From: Phoronis australis
Lineage: Eukaryota; Animalia; Phoronida
Assembly (NCBI GenBank): GCA_002633005.1
Contig: NMRA01000110.1
Span: forward strand, 124,001-188,000
Length of the DNA: 64,000 bases
Reading direction: 5' to 3'
Shown here: positions 36,831 through 49,000 of the stretch, one piece after another
How the letters are laid out: each line of letters begins with the position of its first letter
Numbering within the stretch: the first letter of the stretch is position 1
The notes under the pieces: model-generated
The model's input: only the letters and a program-made list of their open reading frames with translations
What the model was told of the DNA's origin: nothing
Database searches by the model: none
Translations under genes and position numbers: made by a program

Positions 36831-38018
36831 TTACGAAACACAGGCAAATTATGGAAAATAGACGACTCCGTGGATACGTCCATACTCAAAACTAACCTGT
36901 CTATGTCGGTTGGAAAATAGTGGAGAACTCGCCAGGAACATAAGTCTGCCACCCAATAATTCATGTGACATAATCGGCTAGAATGACGGAAATGCACAAA
37001 CATGAGAAGAATTACAGGAATTTACGCCAGACAACACTTCAGCAATTGTAGAAGTTTTTGCATCAAAAGTGTTTCAATTTTCCGTCGTGAGTTTGTTTTC
37101 GATGGTTATATTTTTGCAAAAATCTGCCAGGCCAGTGACCCTCAACTTCCACGCAAACTCCAGGTACTCCCTTTACCGTCATGTAAGTTTAGAGCTCAGG
37201 CATGATGTCCACCAACACTAACCTGATTCGGAAAACTGCACGGGAAATTTTGGAGAAATGCAGTTATGCATTTTTCCACAAAGCTGTTGATCGATTGAAC
37301 ACAGCTAAAACTACGTGTAATGTGGAGTGCTGTTTTGCCAGTGCCTATTCCGTGGATTTATTCAGAGGTTTTAACTAAAATCAGGTCTTTAAGCAATATT
37401 ACTGAGTCGACACCTGTTTTTTTCAGACTGCTGAGAAAACTGAATGATGGGGACGCATTTTTCAAATCAACGGTCGCTAACTTTACAAACAGGTCGCACG
37501 CAGTTCAGCGTGTTGCGAATGTTGCAGGTCGCAGCGACATTTTAAACCGTTTGTGGTGAAAACTGGATAATTATCACTGCTCAGCAGTAATGCTTATCTC
37601 ATTATCGGTTGTTCAAAGTGGATTTACCTATTTAGGAAAGTTCTGTATAATTAGGCTGACTGCTCAAGAACACACGAAATAATTTTTGAGACTGAGAGAT
37701 ATTCAATCGCTTAATTAGTCAAGGAACATGACAAGGTTTTCAGAAACAATTTTAGCATGTTTAAAGCTTATCATTAATAATTAACTATTTCTGGAAGACT
37801 GAAGAGGAGTGCACACCCACCCGAGTGTCAACCCGAGTAAGCTCGTTATTATAGGAAATATCAGGAAGAGATAACCAGGAAGGGACAACTAGCTAAACCA
37901 CCGTTTTTGGCCTCCTTCTCCGGTCTAATTTCAGGACTTAAGTTTCGTTTAAAAGGAAACAGATGATTTTATCAGAAAGATTAAAGCTTTTTCTATAGAC
38001 GGATATCAAAAAACTCAC

Positions 38019-38180
38019 TTTGCAACCTTAAACAGTGGTGTAATTGTACTTTGAAAATATCGACTTCAGCGTACGCAATCGCAACTTCCCACACGCAGTC
38101 ACGGGTATTTAAGCTTTTCCGTCGATGTATAGATGGCGCAGTAGTCAAGTACTCCCTCATTTGCATATCAAATTTGCATG
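38019..38180 (-). promoter_or_regulatory. Candidate promoter and upstream exon of the CD225-like gene
   Basis: Strong donor AAA|GTGAGT at 38018. Two ATGCAAAT octamers (38159-38166, 38172-38179) and a YY1-like GCGCCATCT lie nearby. Inference only. Confidence 0.35.
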
Positions 38181-40782
38181 TGGGAGTTCTGAGACTCTCG
38201 TCAGTTGTTGGTCGAGCGCTTGAGTGGATAAAGCGGTGACCTCCCGCTGAGAGCACATGCTGATGAAGATACCACTCGATCCTTTCGCAATCAGGAGGTG
38301 AAAACACTCTCATGACCGCAGTTCTGAATTCTAGCTAAGAAAGCCCTATTTCGAGGAGCGGACTTTGAATTGTTTTCGTCCCCTGACAGTGGATTGCAGA
38401 GATTAGAATGAGGTCAACATCGAACTTTCTGCGGCTACGTATCGTGTTGACAAAAGTTTGAAGTGTCAGAACCATAGACGGAGCGCGCGGGATGTCTATG
38501 ATTCCTGTTCTTCAGTTGACGAAAACATTGCTATCGGCATAAAGAATGGCCGTGGGAAATTAATTTTGAGATGGACACCTGCATCCAAGAATAAATATTA
38601 ATACTCTGTAATATCTCATCCGGCCTCCGCGTTTCGTTTCTTTGACGTTGTTTGAGGTTGCGGTATCGTGAAACAACACCGTCGGGTGAGAGAAGTTGCA
38701 CCGAATAATTGGAATTGGCTGCAGTTCATTCCTTTTGAATGCCAGGACTCAACTGTGTCGTTTTCTTGGCAAGTCTCTTGCCTGCCGAAATTTTTCTGAA
38801 CTTTGGAGACATCGGCCTTCTCCTGCGCCAATCAACCTTTATCTGCTACAGAAATGTTATGCCTAATTTTCTACCATTTTAACACACTTTGTGGTTCTGC
38901 TACAATTAGCACTGCCACAATCGTATTTCTTAATTCCGCCACAGTATGCCTACTTGGAAGTTAGTTTTGCTAGGTGTCCTTCCAAATTAAGCCACAACAG
39001 TTGTTCATCATTAAATGCCTCAAATTCCTTGACGCCATGGACATTTCCGTCAACACAAAACGCACCCTTGCCATTCTTAAAAATTCGTATATATGTGCTA
39101 TAATTGCTTCGAAGGACCGGCAGTAACCGTGGCTGGAATGTCGGCAGCTTCGCGACAAAGTATACAACTAACTCCTGTTGAAATTCTCCATACTTCAAAA
39201 TTCTTGTTTCCAGGTGCTGGTAATTGCCTTCAATGGTTTTCATAATAAGAGACTAGAAATCCGACTTGTCACTGCCTTACATTTTCACTGGCCACCTTGC
39301 TACAGTCGACTTCCGCAATAGCCGAATTAGTGTCCACATTTGTGGTCACGTGCCGGATACAGGCCCATGAGACAAGTTGCAGCAACAAATTCAGTACGAA
39401 TCCATAAACCCTTTTACACGCACAATTAAATGCGCAAAACTACTACTGTATTTCTTAAACCTTTAATTTAATGCTCAAGCTATACAACGAGTGCGCTTTG
39501 AAACACAACATTGACCTTGGACCAACGATGGATTCCTTGCATCAGGATCTTAGTAAGCAGGGGGAGGGCGAGTGCCACCCCCCAAAAAAATTGCATGCCT
39601 CAGGGTCAAACCATGGCAACCGACAAAGGTGTGGGGCTAGCTGGGGAAAGACAAAAAAGAAAGACTTCGAATACTGATCAAGAGAGAAAATTCAAGACTT
39701 GACAACTCGGTATCAGTGTATGGTTTACAATTTGAGGGCCCTGGTCAGGACACTTGTTGTTAGAGTCTCCGTTTTTGCAGCACAGGTCGTCTAAGAGCCC
39801 TTGAAAATGTGCACTTTAATCATTCATACATGTATTTCGAAAAGTCGATAAAATTTGTAAAGCAAGTTTTGCGGAGCGTATTAATTCAGCCCAGGTTTTT
39901 CAGTGGTCCATAGGCGGTGCACTACAAGGGGGCTGAGGAGGCTTTAGCCCCAAATGTTTCAGTGCTGCGCCCTCTATACACCTCCGACATGACACTGTCA
40001 ACTACTCACGAGGGTAAGTTGAGATTCCAAATTCATCAAAAATACAAAACATTCGTGCACAGCACAGAAGCTGTCTTGTAAGAAATGGCGATGCGTCACT
40101 GAACTTAGTTAAAGGCTGAAGGCTGACTTGCAAAAATTCGATCCATCATCAAACCACCATATCGCAAAGAAGGACACTAAACCATAACAGTGATACTCAT
40201 GAATGGCGGGCAGCTCTAAATGCTTTATTGAATTAAAAATTAGACTAATGAAATTAAAAAATTTACAAACCGTAGATCGAAAAGAAGTTCAAGTCATTGC
40301 TCATAAATTTGGAAAGATTTTCTTTTCACTCCTTTGATGCTTGTATATGTAGTTTCCAGTAGAATTGTGCAATGAAACTAGGTTCTTCTAAGCCGTATCA
40401 TTTGCTTGCCATTCCCGTGCATACTGCAAAGGCTGGACACGTCGTGACTCAGTGACGCACCCACGTTAAAAATAAGGTGTAGTCCTGCAGTAAGCTGCCT
40501 GCGTAGAATCCGCGCACAGTGATTGACGGGAAAAGAACTTGAACTGCAGGGGTTGAAGTATGTGCATTTTTGGGACACGCGTTCATTTTCCCCAGCCCCC
40601 CGGCAGAAGCTGGACAAGTGGCCGTGTTTCAACAAGGAATTTTGATACAGCTAGGGATCATACCTTTCAAAAAATCTTAAGGAAATGACCGTATTAAAAT
40701 GAACTTTTCCCGAAACTGGGTCAAAAAAACGACCTTGTAGCCAGAACACGGGTATAGGTTCGAGTTAAGCCGCACGTCACAA

Positions 40783-40886
40783 ATGAATCATAGAGGAGGT
40801 GACCAGCGACTAGCATTAGTTCGTCGAATTGCGCATGAATCATAGGGGAGCTGACAAGCGACTAGCATTAGTTCGTCTATTTGCGC
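40783..40886 (+). repeat. 52-bp tandem duplication
   Basis: ATGAATCATAG(A/G)GGAG(G/C)TGAC(C/A)AGCGACTAGCATTAGTTCGTC...TTGCGC occurs twice. Confidence 0.9.
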
Positions 40887-41530
40887 ATGCATGGATCAGA
40901 CTTCCCGGCGGCGACGCCACGACACCGGTCACCGTGGCGGGAGCAGCTCATTTCTTGACAAAATAACACCTGCTTCTAAATCTGGATTCAAGCCAAATGA
41001 CGAAGTCCACGCATACACACATGCAAGCGTATCCAAATACAATTAAATGTATTTTCATGTAAAACCATTCAATGTTCTAATTTTCTAAGATCTACCCAAT
41101 CAGGAAGAACTCAGTGCGTTTCAAGTCATTCACCATAGGCACCTGAGGGTTCAAATAGGAAGCTCGCGTCGTATGACGTCATATGACGTAGGAGATGCGA
41201 ATCTCATTTGCATATATTAGTGACATCTGTTGGTTCAAAAAAGATGATCATGCCCGAGTACATGCCTGGGAAGAGGCATCTTTTGGAAGTGTAAAACAAG
41301 TCATGCTCAAAGCATCCTAGTGCCATTAATATACAGTCTTTGGGGACCAAAGTGGTTTCATAGTTATAGCTAAAGAGTTAAGCTTCCAAACACAATGCTT
41401 GGATTCCAGACGACTTTAATATTTACTTTTGAAATCACCTTTGAAAACACGTTAAAATGCGCTAAATTAGTTGTCCCTTCCTGGTTATCTCTTCCTAGAA
41501 ATATTCAACTCATCTCGCACGGCAGTCCAG

Positions 41531-41758
41531 GGGCCTGTTCCAAGAAACTGACTTATGTTAATTTTTTACTTAAGTCTAAGATTAATCTTATTTTCCAAAC
41601 TTCGAAACTTCCACAATTGGAAAGTTAAGTCAAAATTAAGACAAAATTTAGGCAACACACTTATGTCATTAAGATCTCTTTCTTGAATTGGTTTTAGACA
41701 AATTTAGTTTTCATTTTAAGATTTGCCGTAGCTAAGTCAGTTTCGTTGGAACTGGCCC
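41531..41758. mobile_element. PIF/Harbinger (Tourist-like) MITE
   Basis: TIRs GGGCCTGTTCCAAGAAACTGACTTA / TAAGTCAGTTTCGTTGGAACTGGCCC; CAG on both sides (CWG-type TSD). Confidence 0.85.
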
Positions 41759-44700
41759 CAGCGCTGCGAACTCCAGATCTTAAAACCTTTGGCTTCTTTT
41801 GCGTCGGCTTCGAACAGCACACCCCACGAGCAGCTGATGAGGTGGCCACCGAATTATCAGACAACTGTCACACAAAACCGTTGCTAGAACTTAACCATTT
41901 ATAGTAAAATCTCAAAAACAGATCACATTTTGCTGTTTTTAGCTCTGCTGGTCAAAGTTAATAACTTCACGAAGTCAGTGTTATCCCAAACAAAACTGTC
42001 CTAAATGTGTTTTTCGACCATAAAACCGTTTGTGACCTTATTAAAAGTAAAATAGATTGGAAAAAAATCAATAACACTTACACGTTATTGAAGGAACGCC
42101 GTGTGAGCTTAATTGATTTCAACTTGTCAGCGGTATCAAATTGACACCAAAAATTATAATTCAACATTTAAATGAGTGAGTTTGTCCTCATAAATGTATC
42201 GGCAAGCTATTCTGATCAAAAGATTCTGGTAAACTAATTTGATAGCTTGCAAAACATTCTTAATCTTAAATGGTCACTGTTGAGAACACCTTATATGGTA
42301 CGTTTGACCTGCCCGTTCCTAATAAAAATCCCAGGGGTTGATAATACATGTAGATCTTGAGTATAGTAGTTTTATCATTTCCACACCTCATTCCCTTAGA
42401 GTTCTTGGAGTCGGAAGTTCCTCACTCATTCTTTTCACGTAAAATTTATCACCGTCGCACTGTACATTTTGGTCCAGCCACGGTGCCTAATATAGACCTT
42501 TGATACTCCTAATATTATGTTAACAGGGTGACACTCGTGATAGGACAGTCACTCATTTCTACGGTAAGCGAAAACGGCTGGACGCTACCCCACCAACACG
42601 GTTCGCGCACTCAGGATCACAGCAGTGGTGTCATAAGCATTTTCATATTGGTTCGGCAAATGGCCGAGAAAGTCGGCAATGGGACGGTGCGGAAGGGGTA
42701 GTCTCCTGCACAGACCCTCTAGGTTGGTTTCGGTCTGCTACAGCGCACTTTTCCATATGCATTCTTGGAATATCATTGGCTATTCCGATTTCAAGAAACA
42801 AGGCATTCTATTGGTCAGGTGAATAATAGGTCAAACTAGTTCACCAACATTGCGAATTCTTCCAAGTCCACTAAGGAACAAGTTGAGACAGGGATATATA
42901 CAGGGCTTGGGATTTTCCTTTTTGTTTTTATTTCCTTTTATTCGATTTCCAGCTTCTTTTTTATCATCATTTTTTGGCTTGATCCATGCAAAAACAGCTT
43001 AATTTTACAACACAAAAATATTTCTATCACACAAGCCTCTTGTGAAATGAAAGATCACCTGGAAAAGTTTCCTCTTATAGTCATTTCAATTCCTGTATAT
43101 AGTGGTAAGTTGCTCAGATAATAATTTATTCTTTTTCACATAAGATGCATTTATAGAAACTTTAAGGGATTTGATTCGAAAGAAATCTGGAAGCTAGAAG
43201 ACACCATCTGATAAGCGCATTCTGAAATCAACAATTGTGCTTGTACTTTCCAAGATGTTCAACACAGATTGTTAGGTATAGGGATAGGGTTCATTCCACC
43301 ATCCTTGGGCTTTCAGAGTACCCTCCTAAAACCATTCCAAGGCGGTACTCCCACAGGTTTATACAAGACACGACACTCAACTGGGTGATTTTTCTCAAAC
43401 AATTTCTCTTCAAAATGGTGCTTGAAAAAATCCCTCCACAGCAAACTTTTTCCCATGAATACAACGGGTTTCACTCTGGAAGTTAAAACAGTGCAAATGG
43501 TACCTTTTCCTACTGCAATAGGGGTTTTAATACGATATCTGTATTTTTAAAACCTTGGACACCAGACTCATTTTTGAAGACAGGAATCTCTGATCCGACT
43601 TCTTCAAGCTTAATGGGTGAAAAAGACACAGCTGTCCAAGAATTACTACGAAAGGATTCATTTGTTAGCATTAGCTCTTATAAAAAGATTGTGCATTTGA
43701 AACATTAGGCTACAATTTTATTGAAGTCCAAACCTCAGACCACAAACACAATGTATTTTTAGCCACTGTCTAAATGGGTGGAGATTCTTCTAGTACTGGA
43801 TTATGCACAAAACTAAAGGTTAGGGCCCATTTGGAACACCTCTCGGGTATTTTCGTAGCCACATATTTACCTTCGGAACATCTAGAGCACCTCGGCTATT
43901 TTCTTATTTACATGTACAAATTTTTCTTAGAAACACTTCAGGTATTTTCGTAACCTCAAATATCCTCTCGGAGATTGACGTTATCCAAGATATGGCAAGT
44001 CACGTGATTTTCAATCTTGACAATAATACGCAAACTGAAGTCCGCACACATGCAGAGAGCATTCACCTATTAGGTGAAATTTGTGGTTACGAAAACACTC
44101 GAGGTGTTCTGGATGCCCTCGGAAGTTAATGTTTTCAGTGCATTCTCGAACTTTATGGCCAATCATTCTCCACTAAGTATGATAATCATGCAGGTTAAAT
44201 TCACCTCCAATGAGAAAACTGAGGCCCCGAATGTACCCAAGGTGATCTGAATGGCTTAGGACCCTCAAGTTGTGCGGGTCCCACCTCAAAAAGGGAAATG
44301 GGGAAGAACAAATTAGTATTTCAACGATGTGGGGGGGGGGTGTAGCTTGAGAATTGTGGCTACCTGGAGGGTCGAAAATTGTGGTGTTCTAGGGTGTGAA
44401 TACTGTATAGGCTGCGAAGTGTTGGAAATTGGGTGCCAGCAGTATCTACTGTAACACTGTACAGAGNAATACTCTGCCCTTGCCCCTACCCCCTAACTAA
44501 AAATCCTGGATCATCCCCTGCTGTGAGATCTTACAGCAGGGGAGGATCCTGGATTTCGGGACGTTTTAAATTCATAAAAAGCATTCAAACAATGAAATTG
44601 AAAAAAATGCCAAGTGAAAAAAGTGAGGCCATTGTTAATTCAGGTTTTTTCCTAGTAAGGAATCGATAACTACATGATTTTGCTACAGTTTGTTGGAAAG

Positions 44701-46066
44701 ATCACAATATATAAACAGTTACCTCACCAGAGAGTTCCCCCCGACCGCAAACTCGACCCAGTCTCAAAATAACTTTTACTCTCGCGACACCTACCGACCT
44801 GATAACGTAACCCGGATGTCAGCATGCGCAGAGCAAACTTCCTGGTTAAAAATTGCCAGCTGACAGCCAATGAAAACCATTGTTCAAGTGCGCTGTACCT
44901 GGGCCTTCACAAGCAATCCTTGACGTCAACTTGTGAGGCCCGGGAACCAGGTTAGGGTTTGGGGGTCCTCCTTGGACTTGTATCGGTGCCGGAACTGATG
45001 CACCTAGATCTACTCTATTGGTAGCGCGAATTTACAACATTACAGTTTTTGATATCCTGTACTAAACAGTAGTATGGGTGTGGCACAACAACATACAAGC
45101 TGACATGGTCAAGGGTTATCTCATTGTTCACCGCTTATATTGTTCATAAAAGATGCTTCCCTTTACAAGCACCTCATTCGATCAGGGTATTCTCGGTAAA
45201 CGCACAACATACAAATTTACGTAGACGTTTTGGCGTGTATGAAAACAGAAAAACAGGGCCATGCCTAGCTAATTATAGTAGCAAGTCTATTATGAGTTAT
45301 GAGTTTCGTCGCTGATGTACCCGTCTGGTCCAGTGTATGCTCATTATCGTTTTGAGAGGTGAAAAAGCCAACTCCCGGGCGAAAAGCCTACAGCAAAAAC
45401 CAGTAACAATCATCAAAAACCGACATGAGTGAGACGTATCGAAATGAGGAAAGGGGTGGTAATGGTTGACGGTTGTATCGTAAAAATGTTGCAAGTTAAG
45501 GACAAATACTTCGGGTGAATTGTAAAAAATGATTCTAACAAATCTATCGCGTACGTGCACCACCTCTAACAGCGAAGCCATGATACGATTATGAAGACGT
45601 GAACTGGGTAACGTAACGGTTTGCCACGGTGTACGTACGGGTGATGGCTAAGTACGTGTGGTAGCAAATGACTGTTTCCAACGAGCATGTCCCACCTATA
45701 CTCAAGACCCTATGTGTAGTATATACCCATAACACAATTAATTCAAGAGAGCTGAAAATACGAAAGGCCTGCATTGTCCATTCCATGTGGTCATGCTTAT
45801 ACAATCATATGTAACCTGTGCTACCAATAAGGTGATGTTATCAGAATAAGCTTCTATCTTTCGTTAACGTCTTAATAATCACATTCCATTGAGAAAGGTG
45901 TGCTCCATATGATAACCACACCTGTTAACGATGAAGGCAGCTGAGAATGACCATACTTAACCACTCACCTGAGTTAGTTTCCAACTTCAACGGCATAAAC
46001 CGTAAATAAACAATGTTACATCGGAGTTTGTTCTGTAGTGTGCACAACAGGGAGGTAATCAATTAT

Positions 46067-49000
46067 TACTTCGCGAATAAATTTCGCCAAGTATGCTGCT
46101 CTTCCACTAAGTTTTGTTTGTTCGCACGATACAGGTCGCAATTTTCGTCCGATAATCACGAAATTTACACATAACACGTACTTCTGGAAGTACTAGACGT
46201 CTTTTGTTTTTCGTCAAAATCGGATTCAAGATGGCGGCTGTGGCGGCCATTTTGTTTTCATTTAAAGGTTTAAATGCTTCTGGAGGCTACAATTTTTTAC
46301 GCAAAAGGCTAAGAATCGGAACAGTAAATGGACCGGAAGTTTTCTACAAGTATACCAGAAATTGTTCACTTCCGGTTAAAGATGGCGGAAATATCGGCGA
46401 TCGCGCATGCGCACCTCGAATTTGTCCTAAAAACGTTTTCTCCTGTAGAGGGCGCATTGTGAGACCAATTCCTTTGAATTTTTACAGGTATTAGTTTCTT
46501 ATGGCATGCTATTATACAAAGCCAAAAACCTGGAAGTTGCTTTAAATATGGCGGTTCTGGCGCATGTTGACTTTCTTTCAGTCGTGCTGAGGTGCCACCT
46601 AAACGCGATGAGAAAATGACGTGAATTTTTATATGTGGATTTTTTCAGGTATACTCTTCCAAATGAACTTGAACAATTTTTTCTAAGACCTACCGTTTTC
46701 GATATATTTGACTTTAATTTTCTTTAAAAAAACCCAAAATTTCATTTTTTTCGAAAAAATTTACGGAATGGTGTGATACTATCAATTTAGGTAGAATTTT
46801 GAACGCACTTTCAGAAGATATTTTCCATTTTCCGCTACGACGTCTACTTTTTGAGTTATTTGAGATTTTCTGATAACGCTGTCCCTTTGTTGAGCGCTCT
46901 TGCTGCATTAATGTTGGTTTAGCTTCTATTGAACTAGACTGTAGCCTATTTGTTATTGATTTATGACATCTAAGTTCGTCATATGAATGTTATGATGTTG
47001 TTCATAATCGCCACCACCATCATCACATTCGTCATCTTCGTCATCATCTCCGACGTCGTCTTTTCTTCGATAATTTCGCCAAGTGTCGCTCAAGACTGTA
47101 GCCTATTTCTTAGTGGTTTCTGACCTCTACATTCGTAATATGAATGATATCATAACTTGCATTGTCCATCATCGCGACCATCGTCGTCATAGCTGTCATA
47201 TTCGTCATCATCTCTATCGTTGACTTATCTCGTCATCTCTAACGTGGTTTTTTTGGTTATTTTCGCCAAGTTTTGCTCCTCGGAGCGCTTTCATTACTTG
47301 GCGAAATAAATTTCGCCAAGTATGTTGCTCTTCCACTAAGTTTTTACTTGGCGGAATTCTTCCGCCAAGTATGTTGATCTGACAGCAAGTTTTTTTTACT
47401 TGGCGGAATTCTTCGAATTCCGTCAAGTATGTTGCTCTGACAGCAAGTTTTTTTTTTGTTTGTTCGCTCTCTACAGGTCGCAATTCTGGTCCGATTTTCA
47501 CGAAATTTGCTCACAACATGTAGATCGGGAATCACTGGAAAGCTATTGTTTTTCGTCATGATCAAATACAAAATGGCGGACGTGGCGGCCATTTTGTATC
47601 CGATTTCACAGTCAAATACTCGTACAGGCCGCATTTTTCGACCTACATGGCTGAAAATCGGTACGAATATACTAGAACGCATGTGCTACAATTGTGCAGA
47701 AAATCGTTAACTTCCGGTTAAAGATGGCGGAAATAATGGACGTGGCGCATGCGCACCCCGAAATATGGCTAAAAACGTTTTCTCCTGTAGAGGGCGCAAT
47801 TGCAAACCAATCACTTTCAAACTGGTCACGTGTTTGTTGAGTTTAATAAGCTTTTTAAAAAAATTATTGAACCGGAAGTCACCTTCAAGATGGCGGCTGT
47901 GGGGCATGTTCGCACGGTTTCAATCGCTCTCGTGTCGCATTTTTTATGGGAAGAGCAAATGACGTGAATTTTTGCATGTGGATTCCTTAAAGTATGGCCT
48001 TTCAAAAAGTCTGCGAGAGCGTATTTCTCAGACTTACCGTTTTCGAGTTATTTGACTTTGAATTTCAAAAAAACGGCAAATTTTCAATTTTCTCGAAAAT
48101 TTTTTGGATTTTTGCCAAACTACCACATTAGATAGAGATTTGAACGGGCTTTCAGAAGATATTTTCCATTTTGCGCTACGACGTCTACTTTTCGAATTAT
48201 TCGAGATTTTTGGATACCGTTGTTCCTGTGCGAGCGCGCTGGTGGCTGGCTTTCAGTTCACTTTGTTTTGGTTATGCCTAGTTGACCCAGACTGACCCAG
48301 ATTGTTTTGATTATGCCTAGTTGACCCAGACTGACCCAGCCAGCACTGTCCTACTTTAAAGCATGGCTCGTCCGTCATGTTGCGCCATCTATTGTTCTTC
48401 ATTGTAGTTGATTGTATGCTCTCTATTTGATTTTTTGCTAGTCACATGAATGTTATCGTGTTTGACAAAGTACTATTTTAGATAGAAATTTGAACGGGCT
48501 TTCAGATGATAATTTTCATTTTGCGCTACGACGTCTACTTTTTGAATTATTCGAGATTTTCGAATACCGTTGTTCCTTCGGTCACACGCAGCTGGCTGGC
48601 TTTCAGTTCACTTTGTTTTGATTATACCTAGTTGACCCAGACTGACCCAGCCAGCACTGTTCTACTGTAGACTGGACAGTCATGTGGCGCCATCTATTGT
48701 TCTTTATTGTAGTTCATTGTATGCTCTCTATTTGATTTCGTCGCTAGTCACATGAATGTTATCTTGTTTGCCAAACTATTATTTTTGATAGAGTTTTGAA
48801 CGGGCTTTCAGAAGATATTTTCCATTTTGCGCTACGACGTCTACTTTTTGAATTATTCGAGATTTTCGGATACCGTTGTTCCTTCTGTCACGTATGCACG
48901 CAGCTGGCTGGCTTTCAGTTAGTTCACTTTGTTTTGGTTATGCCTAGTTGACCCAGACTGACCCAGCCAGCATTGTTCTACTGTAGACTGGACCGTCATG

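Noticed and set aside
38600-39243. 97-aa ORF with a possible decayed continuation
   Set aside because: No family recognised, and multiple stops follow in all frames tried.
41830-41870. Hammerhead-like CTGATGA-GGTGGCCACC-GAA
   Set aside because: The core needs GAAA (here GAAT), and no stem I/III or NUH cleavage site can be formed.
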